A stretch of DNA of 61,298 nt, counting the filler, from Sphacelaria rigidula (Eukaryota), in NCBI GenBank assembly GCA_964200075.2. It is 10 parts of 10 records of this genome, joined end to end, with 100 filler letters (N's around TTAATTAATTAA, not from the genome) between each part and the next. Parts side by side here need not be neighbours in the genome. Positions count along the whole stretch, not along the records: positions 1 to 6,041 come from CAXNAA020022628.1; positions 6,142 to 12,182 come from CAXNAA020022629.1; positions 12,283 to 18,322 come from CAXNAA020022630.1; 7 more parts are not named here. One strand, given 5' to 3'. A model generated the notes under the pieces. That model ran no database searches, had not been told where the DNA came from, and saw only the letters and a list, made by a program, of their open reading frames with translations. Below are positions 1 through 12,371 of this stretch, one piece after another. Within the stretch, counting starts at the first letter, position 1. Every line of letters starts with the position of its first letter. The translations under genes were made by a program, and so were the position numbers.

Positions 1-1370
1 CCTCGGGGTTCCTTCGGCACCAGGACGGCAGTCTCCCCCCGTAGGTCTCTGACTACTCTGGCGATACGCCTTCCGATACATATATATGTGTATCAAACTA
101 CCGGCGGGTCGACATTTTGTACAGGAAAAATGCAGCACATTGTCTGCTGTACCTTGCAAGGCTTGTTCGATCTATCAGGGTTCAACGACACATCGATATA
201 TTGTGCATGTACAGATTAATTCTTTTTCGTGCCTTGCCGGGGTTGCGCGCAAGCGCAAGGACGTTAGGATCAGGTACTGTACCCCGTACGCTGAGTACCT
301 ATACTTCCGGGATATTTGTAGTATTCGGTAGTGAAAAGTACTCATGCTATCAACGGTAACAAAAGTCGGTACTTGCAGGATAGGGCGTTCGGGCGTACGG
401 AATGCTCGACTGTACTTGGGGCTTGCCTGCCTCGGATACTCGGTGCTCCAGGGTACATCATGTATCGACTCCAAGCAACGGCGTTTATTTCGGGGTAGTC
501 ACGATAAAGACTCCCGAAGATGAAGACGCACGATTTTTGCAATACCGTGTGCTCCACGGTACGCAGGTTATCAATTGACGAACACCTCATGTCATATCTC
601 GAGTACGGACCACGAGCATTCCGCACGTGTTCACGTACCGAATGCTAGAGCCATAAAACCCGGGGTATCATCTCCTCCCAATGATACCGCAGCCTAAACC
701 TTCATCACCACGATGACTCGGAAAGTTTCACGTACGGAGAATACGAGCACATTCCCCCTTAAGGAAACAAATGCGGAGCACAGGAGTTACACAGGTCGGA
801 CGAAAGGTACGTACCCCCACACTGTTTTTCTACGAGCGACAAGACAACAAGTATGGTTCGGGCAGTATTATGTCCCCATCCCCCCAGCAAATTGACAACT
901 ACAAAAAGTTACCCCCAACCCCGGCAGAAACGGCGAGTGGGCAACGTAATCCTCCCGCCTCCGGAAGAGTTTACGGCTTCGGCAAAAAATTACACCTCAG
1001 TGTGTCAGGCAGCTACGGAAAAGAACGCGGTACCCAAAGGATAGGAACGGTCAGTACCGTTGGAAAGGAATATATTCCGGCTCCGTCAACAGTCGAACGC
1101 GGCCACAGACGCCAACATGATTTTTTTCCCCCCAATCCAAACCAACAGCAATCAACCACTGATTTTCAACTCTTTGCGACATGTCAACATGCGAGAAGAG
1201 ATGACAATGAAAGGTGCCACCACGGTAGCTGAACACGGTTGTTCTTTGCGCCACCTGGAAGACATCGTGGTACGTACTCGAAATCAACTGCATGCTGCTT
1301 CACCATGCTCGATTGTCATTATCCAATGCATCATTACCATCACCGTCATCGAAACACATTCAAACACCGT

Positions 1371-3430
1371 TCAACTTGGAGATTCGCAACGGCCGCAAAT
1401 TCGTGCCTGCTTGAAGCTTTCTCTTCCGACTCCTTCACCACAGAACGCGTGCATGAACCCCTTGCACCCTGGGCAGGCGTGGTTTCCTTCGGCTTGGAAC
1501 GCCGGCGTCTTGCACTTGGGGTCGACGCATGGCTTCAACCTAGTCCGCTGCGTCTGATCAGCCCTTCTGATTCGTTTCCGCTCGTCTCTGCCTCCATCAT
1601 CGTGACCCCCGTTTCTTTTCGTTGAGTTAACCCTTCTCCCCCCCTTGCCCATACCATCATGCCCCCCGCGCCCCATTGTGCCGTCGCCCTCGTCTTCGCT
1701 CGATTCATCGCCACCCCCGTTTTCCTCCCTAGAGCCAGCCTTCCACTTTCCTTTGTCTTTTCTATTATGGCCCCCGCCCTCCACTTGGCCGCTGCCCTTC
1801 TCTTCGCTCAACTTACCGCCATGCTCGTTTCCCTCCTCCAAGTCAACCTTGCTTTTTCCTTCGCCCATACTGCCATGGCCCCTGTCCCCCACTGAGCCGC
1901 TGTCCTCGTTTTCGCTCATTTCGTCATCACTATCACTTTCGTCTCCCCAATCATCGGAGTCTTCCCAATCAGCATCCATGTTACCACCACCCGCTCGAGA
2001 CCGTTGGTCTAACCCCTGCACCTCCTCCAGGGAGTCTTTATCCCTCAGCCGGTTGTGAATGGCTGCTTGCGCCTCTTCGGCGTTCAGGAGGGGTATGTCC
2101 ATAGGAATGTTGTCGGACTGAGCCCGAAGGAACAGCATCTCCAGGAAGGCCGGATCAAGAGAGCCCCTGTTCCGGCGGAGAACTTGGCCAGCCACGCAGA
2201 AGTCCCTCTCCAAAACGGCTGCAGACGCCGGCACCCCCAAGACTGCTTGCGCGACGTTTTTCACGATCGGGGAGAAGTGGCCGTGTTGCCGCCAGAAGTT
2301 GCACGCGTTATCTCCGCCTGAGGCCTTCTTGAACTGAATTGGAGTCTGGAATAAAACACCAGGAGAACGTTGAGGTACCGTGACATATCAGGCGGTGACC
2401 GCATGGGCTTCGCACGCACCCTCCTCCTCTGTACTCTCATTACTCACATGCCTACATCACTATGAGGGCAGAGTCCACTTCGAGCCACTCTCAGAAGGCA
2501 TTGACCACATGACATGTAGATGTCACCGTACAAGCACGTTCGACGTTTCTCAACACATCCCTCCCTGATCTCCCCCCCCTCCGATAACTCACATACCCCC
2601 ACGACAAAGATCCTTGAGCAATCATGAAATGATGGGGCTGCGCTCTGCCTCACCTTCAACGTACGTCACGGGTCCACCTCGGCGTCCGCTTCCTCGCGGG
2701 CAGTAAGTGCCGCGGGGCCCTTGCCCTTGCCATCGTCCTCACTGTCACTGGCATCCACCATGCCAACTGCCGCCAACGCTCACAAGGTCTCGTCGGCGGC
2801 AGCAGCATCCTGTCCCTGCCCGCGGTTGTTACCTCGCCGTGGAAATATCGAAACCCGCTGCTGCTTTTCCGTCTGTGCAGGGCCTCCCCCGCTGCCACTG
2901 CCGCACGCGCTACGCGCCCGTTTCTCCTCGACAGCCTTCGTCGCCAGGTCGGCGATGCCTCTTCATACCTTCTTCTTGATAGAGTCTGCCGAATTCCTGA
3001 AGTTTCCTGTGCGGCCAATACTTGACGCCTTCAAAACCTCCAAGTATCGAAGGCTACGAGTACTCGGTGTCATTGCTAGCGCCCTGTCGAACATGAGACT
3101 GTGTCCGCCCGCTTTCGTTCCATAGCGCTCACTCACCAGGCGCTTTGCCATGGCCCGATGGAAGACCGCCCGGGTTTCCTGGCCGATAGTCGTCAGTTTG
3201 TGGGCGGGCCTCTCCACTCTCTTGACAGTGCCATCACCCTTTTCTGTTACCGATGGCACGCACTTGATGGACAGCGGCCTTGACGTGTCTAGCGTTTTGG
3301 TCATGAGGAGCATCAGCGGCTCCATGGCCTCCGGCGCTACCGGTTTCGATGATGACTGTCACAGGTCTATCGCTCGCCTGACCTCCTCGACGATAGTAAC
3401 CTCCTCGACGATAGTGAAAACTTCCTCGAC
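1371..3430 (-). pseudogene. hAT-superfamily transposase, spliced 3' portion (exons ~3430-2654 and 2345-1371), inactivated by stops/frameshifts
   Basis: Exon 2345-1371 reads NFWRQHGHFSPIVKNVAQAVLGVPASAAVLERDFCVAGQVLRRNRGSLDPAFLEMLFLR, matching the hAT C-terminal dimerisation motif (FW..P....A..VL.VPASSA..ER.F..AG). GT-AG intron 2653-2346 (AAG|GTGAGG ... TTATTCCAG|ACT), phase 0. The upstream exon has in-frame stops (EVDP*RTLK, AIDL*Q) and an 18-bp duplication near 3380-3430. Confidence 0.85.
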
Positions 3431-3911
3431 CTGACACAATAACAGCACAAGGCGGAGCAAACAACGAAGCAGTGACATCATCTTCTCCACAAACGAAGTG
3501 TGTACAGCCGCCCGTCTGCCCTCTGGACGGCAACTCAAAATCCACCCTTCGGCCCACGTCAGCTGTGAGATTCGTTCTCAATGCCCGCAAGCCACATTAC
3601 AGCCATTGGACCCACGACACGCCATCTCGAAAGCCTTGAAAATATACTAGAACAAAAGAAAGCCAAGACATACAGACCGGTTTGGGATGAATGACTAAAA
3701 TTTACTCCCAGCGTTTTCACGCGGAATTGTCTAGTTGGACCCTGATATATTGCACACGAAAGCTGGGATGCTCCGAAAAGCCGTGTGGAGTATTTTTTTC
3801 TGCGCCAAATATCCGGGGTCCCAGGAGCCGGTGTGACACACGATCCGCGTCTGTCTTCACAATCAAGCAGCGCTACGACCAGGTCCAGCCTTGGACCGGA
3901 TCTGCAGCTTG

Positions 3912-4194
3912 CAGGCCCGTTCTCACTTTAATATTGAGAGATTAATTTTCAAATTTGGTATGGAGAGTAATAGGCGTCGTAAAAAATATACGCCAGGACA
4001 AGAAATTTTTCTTTTATTCGCGAGTTAACGGACATTTGATCGAAAACCGGATAAGGGTTTTTGCCTGTACCTCACGACAAGAAATAAAGCATGCCTCAAA
4101 GTTTTTTCGTCATGCTCTATTTACTCTACATACAAAATTTGAAAGTACAAGTCTCAAAACTGAGTTAACACGGCCGATTTAGAATGCGGGCCTG
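3912..4194. mobile_element. Putative MITE with short imperfect TIRs
   Basis: Left CAGGCCCGTTCTCA versus right-end reverse complement CAGGCCCGCATTCTA. No TSD is visible. Confidence 0.35.
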
Positions 4195-4496
4195 TCGGAA
4201 GTCGGAACAGTATGTTGCACTTACCGGCTGAGGTTCAGTAGTTGTGCTTTGACATTTTTTGTGCAAAGTCACCAAGGCATGATGAAAAAAAAATGGGACA
4301 GGTCGACTTTTTTTTCAACACTTGACAACATTAGAGTATAGTGAAGACTATTTTTTCACGAGTAAAAGGAATCGAAGGAAGGCCCACTTTTTCTCAGTGT
4401 GCCGTTGTGATTCTCCATGCTTGACTCCAGATCACGGTGTTACAAAGTGGGGTTGAGAAACGGAGGTAAGGGCCGAAAACGACCTCTATTTTTCCT

Positions 4497-4901
4497 TCAA
4501 ACGCCCGTCAAATACGTGAAGATGAATATAAGCAGTGGAATCTCGAAAATGGGGTTGAAAAAAAGGGGTTCAACTGAAAAGCCGTGCTTTCCCCGACCTA
4601 AATTCATGGTCAATGACTTTCATATGGACGACCCCATCCCTCCCAACCTCCTGAAAACTATTTCGGGAGATTTTAAGTGTGCTTTCCCACATACCCTTTG
4701 AGAGAAAGGAAGGCTAAAGATCCCCTGGAAAAGTTTAAGGGGGGTCGGGGGGGGTGAGGCCGTCCATATGAAAGTAATTTGTCATGAATTTAGGTCAGGG
4801 AAAGCACGGCTTGTGAGTTGAACCTAACTTCTCCATTTTCGAGAACCCACTACTTATATATATATATATATAAATCAGGAAATACTTGACATGGCGTTGA
4901 A
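4497..4901. mobile_element. Foldback element / long imperfect inverted repeat (~400 bp)
   Basis: Arm AAGCCGTGCTTTCCCCGACCTAAATTCATGG...TTTCATATGGACG is mirrored by CGTCCATATGAAAG...CATGAATTTAGGTCAGGGAAAGCACGGCTT. Confidence 0.75.
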
Positions 4902-6041
4902 TTAGCGATGATTAACTGGCCCAGAGCCTTGAGCAAACGTTTTTTTTTCAGACGATTGACAACATAGGGAGATCGCGGCCCAATTCCATGAGATATTGAT
5001 GCAAGAGCTCAAATTTGGTTCTAGGCTGGACCAGCTCCTAGCACTTTGAAGTGTCCCACGAAAAAAGTATGCGAGACGATTAAAACAAAAAACAAGTACG
5101 GGGATTGCTAAACTGGGATGTGCACAGTACGTGAGGGGAGAACTTATCCCGATCATTCTTCAATGGCTGCAGAAAAATTCGCTTCCGGTGCTCTACATGT
5201 CACTGAAGCCGAAAAACTGCGTTTTGTTTCACCAAAAACTGGAGTGGACGCACGGTAACACTCCCTCGAATTTTTGCTCTTCATTCCCCCGGGGTTCCTT
5301 GCATGCATATTCATGTTCCGTTCGTGGAACACTCGGAAGTGCTAGCGTCGCTTTCTTGGGGGAACGGAACAGGTGATTGAAAGGCGTTCCTCCAGTTGAT
5401 ATTTTGGCGATACGGAATAAACATGTCATCTGGCAGGAGGGTGCTATCGGCCGTTACTGGACCAAAAAACACGGGTCTTCCTCTACACACAAATAAGGTA
5501 GAATATGACAAGATCGTTTGTTTCATTCGTCCACAAAATCGATCGGGATTTGGTTGAACCCGTCGGAAACACCGTGCAGCCGGAATCTGTCTTTGTGTAG
5601 GGGCAGGGCCCTCGAGTACTGCTCAGCCCGTCACTCGCTAAGCATCGGTTCCAGGAACGATTTGTTTCTAGAGGGTGCTGCGGGTGTGACCATATTCCGG
5701 TCGGAGAAACATTTGGGGGTCAAACGTTCACCGTGACGCGTTATGAACGGAAAAAAACTATGAAAAATCGCCAACTGCGAAGTTAACACCAATATCGACT
5801 GACAGACGTTGTCTCAACTACCCTCATCTCGCGACGCCATGAAATTGTCACGAGGATGCTGACACCAACTCTCGACGTTGATTGTTAATTTGGCGGCTCG
5901 TCTGCGGTACTGCTGCAGTGGGGCTCCGGGTATTGGTTGCTCACCTCCGCCTTCTTTCCCCCCCCAAAAAACACTTATTAGCCTGGTCCGGCGAGAACCC
6001 GGCGCGCTCCGTCCCGGCTTTGTAGGGGCGGACCCCCGATG

Positions 6042-6141
6042 NNNNNNNNNNNNNNNNNNNNNNNNNNNNNNNNNNNNNNNNNNNNTTAATTAATTAANNN
6101 NNNNNNNNNNNNNNNNNNNNNNNNNNNNNNNNNNNNNNNNN
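6042..6141. other. Artificial contig spacer N44-TTAATTAATTAA-N44; also at 12183-12282, 18323-18422, 24463-24562, 30603-30702, 36743-36842, 42882-42981, 49021-49120, 55160-55259
   Basis: Identical 100-nt structure with stops in all six frames recurs every 6139-6141 nt. The flanking contigs decrease in length from 6041 to 6039 bp. Confidence 0.98.
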
Positions 6142-6224
6142 GTGATTCCGGCCCTACACCCGCCGGAAAGACCCTCCCCACGCCGTACCGACAAAACCGG
6201 TCATGGCCTTCGTCGGAGGACGGG

Positions 6225-6560
6225 GAACATAGACAGGAAATAGAAAAGCTAACCCTGCTTTTTCTCAAACCTACCATAACACAGCCCGGACATAGACATG
6301 AAATGAAGAAACTTACCCTGCTTTTTCTCAAACCCACCATAAAACAGTCCGGACGTAGACATGCAATGAAGAAACCAACCCTGCTTTTTCTCAAACCAAC
6401 CAAGAAACAGTCCGGACATAGACATGAAATGAATAAGCTAACCCTGCTTTTTCTTCAACCTACCATCATGTAGCCTGGACATAGACATGAGATGAACAAG
6501 CTAACCCTGCTTTCTTTATAAAACTACCATGATAGCACAGATATAGACGTAAAATAGACA
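6225..6560 (+). repeat. 63-bp tandem repeat (~5 copies) in the 5' region of the LINE
   Basis: Unit GGACATAGACATGAAATGAAGAAACTTACCCTGCTTTTTCTCAAACCCACCATAAAACAGTCC starts near 6225, 6288, 6351, 6414 and 6477. The same unit precedes the second LINE copy at ~53875-54000. Confidence 0.93.
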
Positions 6561-9500
6561 AAAAAACAGATCAACTTCCCCATACCAAGACGAGAAATAA
6601 CCGAAAATTTCCCCCCTATATCATCACAAGGGTAAGACAAAAATATAACCGAAACCTAGACATATGTAAGTAATAGCGTAGAGGTTGACCACCCTACATG
6701 CAAATCAAGAATACAAAATGCATAGCAAGTACGGATAGGGTAGGGACATCACCTCCTTCGTGGTAAATTCACATGGAGGTTGGGGTCTCGTGGTGAGATA
6801 CTTGTAAACCTTACCGGTTTCCAGTAGGCGGTGGAAATCTTGTCAGCCATTTTCCTGAAATTTGAACAAAATTCCGACATTAGGTGCAAAAGGCGCCTAA
6901 TGAAGGGAAGGGGTGAGTAATGCATGGCATACACGTCACGACCTACCGCACTCACGAAACAAACACCTCACCGATGATCGACCACATGTCTTACGAGAAG
7001 GATCACCAAGCAACACGAGGACTTCTCGAGATCTTGAAGGATAGAAGCTGTTACAAAGTGTGTACTCATCCTCATGCATGCAATAGGAACGAAGTGTGGG
7101 GGGATCGTTGGCCAAGCTTCAGCAGCGAAGGTCTACTCTGAAGCATCAGTGGAGTAGCGACCCATGGTGAATCGTACACGGAGTGGAAAAGTGATGTACG
7201 GGACATCTCGATGTGAGGAAGACCTCTTGTCATGCAAGCTGCCGTTAAACCTTACAAGGTGGAAATGATCTCCCTAGAGAAAAGTGCCCACTACAACAGC
7301 GGGGCAAGAAGATAGAAGATACGACCGTGGGACGCCTGGATAGTTCACCGTGAAAATCGCCTGGCACAAACGTGGGGTATTTGTGTCAAAGGTGTTGAAC
7401 TTGGCTTCAGGCTACGAGCCCGTGTTGGAGACATTATTTAGTGTCGGCAAGTCAGCAACAGAAGTGAAAGGAGCCAGACCCCCAACGACTACTAGGATTG
7501 GGATATCCTAGTCCGTTGAAGATATCTCACCAATACAATCCAAATTAACGAGCTGGATATTCTCTCGAAGGAGAGAGAGAGAGAGAGACGGAAAAGGAAG
7601 GCGGGTGGAGGAGTAAATAGTGCACGGGTAAAGTACTAGTAGTGCTGGTGTTCGAAGTTCGTGGCGATAAAACGAGAATAGAGTCTAAAATGATATGCAA
7701 TGGAGTTGGACTATGCTATTTGGCACGAGGAAAAGTAGAAAGGGAGAGAGAACACTTCCAAGTCACGCTAAAAAAGAGCGCGAGCAAGGCGTTGGAAAGG
7801 ATAGAGACAAGTAAAGTGTCGGCATGGGTTAGAAGAGTAGAATGGAGAGTATGCATAGCTAATGGAACAACAAACCTAAGACGTAGTCCACCGGTAAACG
7901 GAGAGGGAGAGAGACAGAAACAGGCAAGTGCCCGGAAGGGGAACGGAAGGGGACATAGCGGCCCGAAGCAAATAGACAGAGGCCATCCCAGAAACGGGAA
8001 GAACAGTCAAGCAAGGGACAGTAGAGGTAAAAGCGACGGTGGGAGAACAGCAGACAACGGGAGAGCACATAATGATTCGGGAAGGAATTCAAGAACAGGA
8101 CCGTGGAACGTGTGTGGATTCGTCACAGACAAGCGCAAAAGAATAGAGATAGTCGAACAAGTAAGTGAACGTGACCCAGATGAAGTAGGAATTCAAGAGA
8201 CAGGAGAAGGAGGAGGCGGAAATAGGATGCAAAGTTGAAGAGTACGCATGGATAGGGGAAAAGAGGAGTGGACAGAACCCCAAAAGCAGGGGAGCGGGGG
8301 GAGTAAGACTCATAGTCAAGGAATACTTGTGTGGCAGTATGGAAGTAATCGATGACACGAAATTTTACGAGAGCACGTGCATAAGGGTACCATGAGAGCG
8401 AGGAACGAAAAACTTCTTCGTAGGAAACATCTACATGCCCCCAGAATCGAAGAGTAGGGTGAACGATATACGGCGGAGGTTTGGAGAGATAGTATCAAAT
8501 GTACATACGTATAAAATGCAAGGAGAAGTAACGTGAGTGGGAAATTTTAATGCAAAGGTAAGAAGAGCAGGTACATCGGACGAGATCATTGGGTATTACG
8601 GGGAAGTTGAGAAGAATACGAATGGGGTAAAGATGCCGAAGTTCCTTGATCATTACGGGATGAAGACGCTGAAAAATCGAGCACGAAAGCTTAAGGCGCA
8701 ATGGACATGGACTAGGAAATGCAAAGGGGAAAAGAGAGAACACTCCGTTCTTGGTTATACAGTGGTATAGCATGAAAATAGGAAATAAAAGTAAGTGCAT
8801 GTTTGCGCGGAGGACCTGGGAACTACAGATCATTGCTCAATATAGGCAGAAAGCCAACAGACGAGAGCTAGGAGTAAAAGAAATAGGCGGGGTAAGAAGT
8901 TGTACAAATGGAGAATCGACAAACTAGATATGAAGAAAAAACAGCGAGAGTTTCAAGAAGAGATGGCAGAGAATGCATTGAGTGTTTCCGAGCTGTTTGA
9001 ACGCGTAGGTACAGTTGATATCGGAATAGAAAAAAAACGGGCAGGAGCAAAGATTATAGAAGGATGGGCGCAGTTGGTCAAGAACACAGTGGATGAAGTC
9101 ATAGGAAAGACGCTGATCGTATGCCACAGAGCAGTAAAATAGTAGGATGAGGAAATAGAAGAAGCTAGAACAGTAAGGCAAGAGACCCACGCGAGATGCA
9201 TATCGAGTAATACTACGGCAGGATGGGAGGAGTATACTAAAGCTCGAAAGGAAGTAAAAACGCTGGAATAGGAGGGAAAAGATGTAGTGAATAAAATAAA
9301 TGTGGGTAGGGGTAAAAGGGATAACGACAACCCAGGCAGGAAAGATGGACGAGGGGGTAGCCACACTCCAAGCACAGAACGGCAAAATGGTCAGTAGTCG
9401 AAGGGGACGAGAGATGTGCTACTCGAGCACTACCGTAAACCAGGAACACCAAAACCAACCACGGACTTCGACATCGAGTTCAAAACAATAATCAACGCGT

Positions 9501-10847
9501 GGGTACAGGCAAATGTAGAGACGTCAAAACGGGAGAACAGAGGCTCGAAATAACTGCAGAGAGAGTTTACCAGAGATGAAGAGAAAAAGTGCGTAGCTGC
9601 ACTCAAGAACAAAAAGGCAGCAGGGGCAAACAAAATAGTGAATGAGTTGCGAGGGGAGAGGGAATACCATGATCTTCATGCTGTACAACTGAATCTGGGA
9701 AAACGAGTACACACCAAAGAGGTAGAGAGAAGGAGTAGTCGTCAACCGTTTCAAAAGAGGAGACAACGCTGACGCAGGAAACCATAGAGGGATAAAGCTA
9801 CTGAGAACCGTAGGAAAACCATTCCGTAAGATTCTGAGCGATAGAGTAGGAACGATCCTAGAAAAGGAAGGAAGGAACTGCGAAGGGCAAGCAGGGTTTA
9901 GACCAAACCGTAGTTGCGTAAGCCACGTGTACGCACTAGATAAGATTATTCTGAGTAGGAAAGACACCGAGCTGACAACGTACTGTTTCTTCCTGGACGT
10001 GCAAAAGGCTTTTGGCACAGTATGGGAAAATGGGCTGTGGAAAACGTTGTGGGAAACTGGGATCAGAAGAAAGATGTCAAGAATGGTGAAAAAGATGACA
10101 GAATGTGCCAAACGTTTTATGATGCTAGACGGCAATATATCGAAAAATATTGATATTTTACAAGGAGTTGCACAAGGATGTGCGTTATCACCCCACTCTA
10201 TTCACGGTGTCTATTGTTGACCTGATAATAGCAATAGAAGAAGAAAAGCAAGGAGTCAAGTTGGATAAAGATATGGTATCACAACTGATGTTCGCAGATG
10301 TTTTGTGGGGATTTCAGGAACAGCAGAGGGGTTACAGAAACAGATAGATAAGGCGCTAGGATACACTAGGAAATGGAGAGTGACAGCGAACGTTAACAAA
10401 TGCGCGGTAATCGTTTGTAACGAAGATGAGAAAAATGCGGTAGAGTTCAAATGGAAGCGGGGAGAACAGGAATTGCAGATCGCAGACCAGTATACATATC
10501 TTAGCGTAGAGATCTCGAAAAACTGTTCTTAGGATGCACAAATAAACAAAGTAATAAAAAAGGGTAAGGCACAGATAGGCAGGGTGGACGTGATCCTCAG
10601 AGACTCGAACCTAGACACTAGGGTCAAGGGATGTATCCTGATGAACGTAACTGTACCAAATCTGGAATATGCAGGATAAGTATGGGAGGGGAACGTGAAG
10701 TTGATGGAGAGGTTGGAAACAGTACAGATGGCAGCAGCTAAGCAACTACTTGGATGCTCGAAAATGACGAGTATTACAGTTTTGAGAGCAGAGTTGGGAA
10801 TGAACTCACTCAAGACTATTAGGCATGAGAAAATCGCGATGTCAATA

Positions 10848-11992
10848 CAGGCTGGGCCAGCCTACAAGCGGATTCGTACTTTGCGGGCGGATTCGCAATT
10901 TTTTTTCTTGGAGTTGGAAAGTGAAATTTGGTGCGGACAATCAACAGGGCATGAAGAAAAGCTGTCTGAGAGGTTCCGAAGTCTTTTTTCCATTTTTTCA
11001 TGAGTTAAGGGCATTTTACTGAAACCTCAAAACTGATTATTGTCCCTAACTCATGAAACAAATAAAGAAATCTTCGGGACCTCATAGACAGCTTTTCTCC
11101 ATGCCCTGTTGATTGTTCATGCCAAATTTCACTTTCCAACTCCAGGGAAAAAATTGCGAATTTACCTTTGAAAAAAAACGGGCCGGCGGAAATTCGGAAC
11201 AGTATTTTGCAGGCCGTTTATCGGCCCGCGTTAGGTGTTTGGGGGTTGAAACTTTGTGCGGGATCTCGCTAGGTCATGATGAACCAAGAAAAATAAGTGA
11301 AGTTGGTATTTTTTTCACTGATTGAGGGCATTCTAGTATGGTAACGACCAGTTTTTCACGAGAACGCCTCGAACCTCTCATGAAAAAAAATAATAAGGGC
11401 TCACATATTTCTTTACTCATCATACCTGTGTCGTTCTCCATGCCAAGTTTCAAATCACAATTCTAAAAATTGAGCTGAAAAATTGAGATAAGGCGCAAGA
11501 GCAATGTTCATTTCTCCTCAAAACTCCCCTAAAAACACGAAAAAGGATGAAAAAACCCGAAAAACCCCCCGATAAAGCTGTGGATTAATTTCATTATGCA
11601 CAACCGGTTCTCCATACCAAATTTCATAGCGCAACTCTCGAAAACTGAGACGCGATATCCAGATTTTAGTATGGAAACCTTTGTGAAGGTGAGGGTATCT
11701 ATCGTCTCCGCGTGCTCCAGGGAAGGTCCACACCAAAAATCGTCGTCATCCGCTTAATCTTTCGTTCGGGGTTTCATGTAGATTTCAGTGTGGACGCTAT
11801 ATCCGCCAGGTATAGGAATTACTAGACATGGGTTTAATCAACGAGAAAAAATTGGCCTAGATTTTTGAGCAGGTGGCGCACCTTTCCGTTGATTAGACGA
11901 CTAACACGATATGCGGATCACGGCCGAACTCGTCTGTGTCGTTGAGATATCGCTTTGAGAGCATAAATCCGTTTTCATGCTGGTCCAGCTCG
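10848..11992. mobile_element. Non-autonomous Tc1/mariner-type DNA transposon (TA TSD) inserted in the LINE; contains an internal ~270-bp hairpin (~10891-11160)
   Basis: TIRs CAGGCTGGGCCAGC / CGAGCTGGACCAGC (rc). TA at 10846-47 and 11993-94. Removing the element plus one TA restores LINE codons CAA TAT AGC TTA. Confidence 0.9.
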
Positions 11993-12371
11993 TATAGCTT
12001 AAAATACGTGCAGAGAAAGAGATTCCCAGCTATAATTGATAGGGCTGCATGGGAGAAAAGTACGGAAGGGCGGGCTGGAAAAAGATGGGATAAAGAAGTC
12101 GAGAAAGTATTGAAGGAAATAAACAGCCGATCATCTATGTTGAGGATGGTGCTTTTCATTGAGGATGAGAACCCGGAGGATTNNNNNNNNNNNNNNNNNN
12201 NNNNNNNNNNNNNNNNNNNNNNNNNNTTAATTAATTAANNNNNNNNNNNNNNNNNNNNNNNNNNNNNNNNNNNNNNNNNNNNTTTTCCGGTCTGCTGGTT
12301 TTGGGGGATCCTTGTGCTGTTTTCTCCTCCGGCCATGGCCCAATTCACGCGGTACGGGGGGGGAGGCGGGG

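Larger units (their letters stand above)
6225..12121 (+). mobile_element. Near-full-length degenerate non-LTR retrotransposon (APE endonuclease + reverse transcriptase), interrupted by a MITE and lacking its 3' end
   Basis: APE motifs WNVCG (~8105), GIQET, NIYMPP, GNFNAKV and TTDHC (~8830). RT motifs KKAAG, GDNADAGNHRGIKLL, QAGFRPNRSC, FLDVQKAFGTVW, GVAQGCALSP, LMFAD and YTYLSV (~9600-10510). Many stops and frameshifts. The reading frame resumes after the MITE (MRKSRCQY|SLKYVQRKRFPAIIDRAAWEK). Confidence 0.95.

Noticed and set aside
1645..2058. Ser/Pro-rich plus-strand ORFs, and similar antisense ORFs over LINE copies (e.g. 9524-10135)
   Set aside because: They are antisense shadows of the hAT and LINE coding strands.
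6086..6097. TTAATTAATTAA recurring with ~6.14-kb period as a biological repeat
   Set aside because: It is always embedded in N44 blocks and is a six-frame-stop assembly linker.
6225..6560. CRISPR-like array
   Set aside because: The units are contiguous tandem copies with no unique spacers, there are no cas genes, and the context is a eukaryotic LINE.
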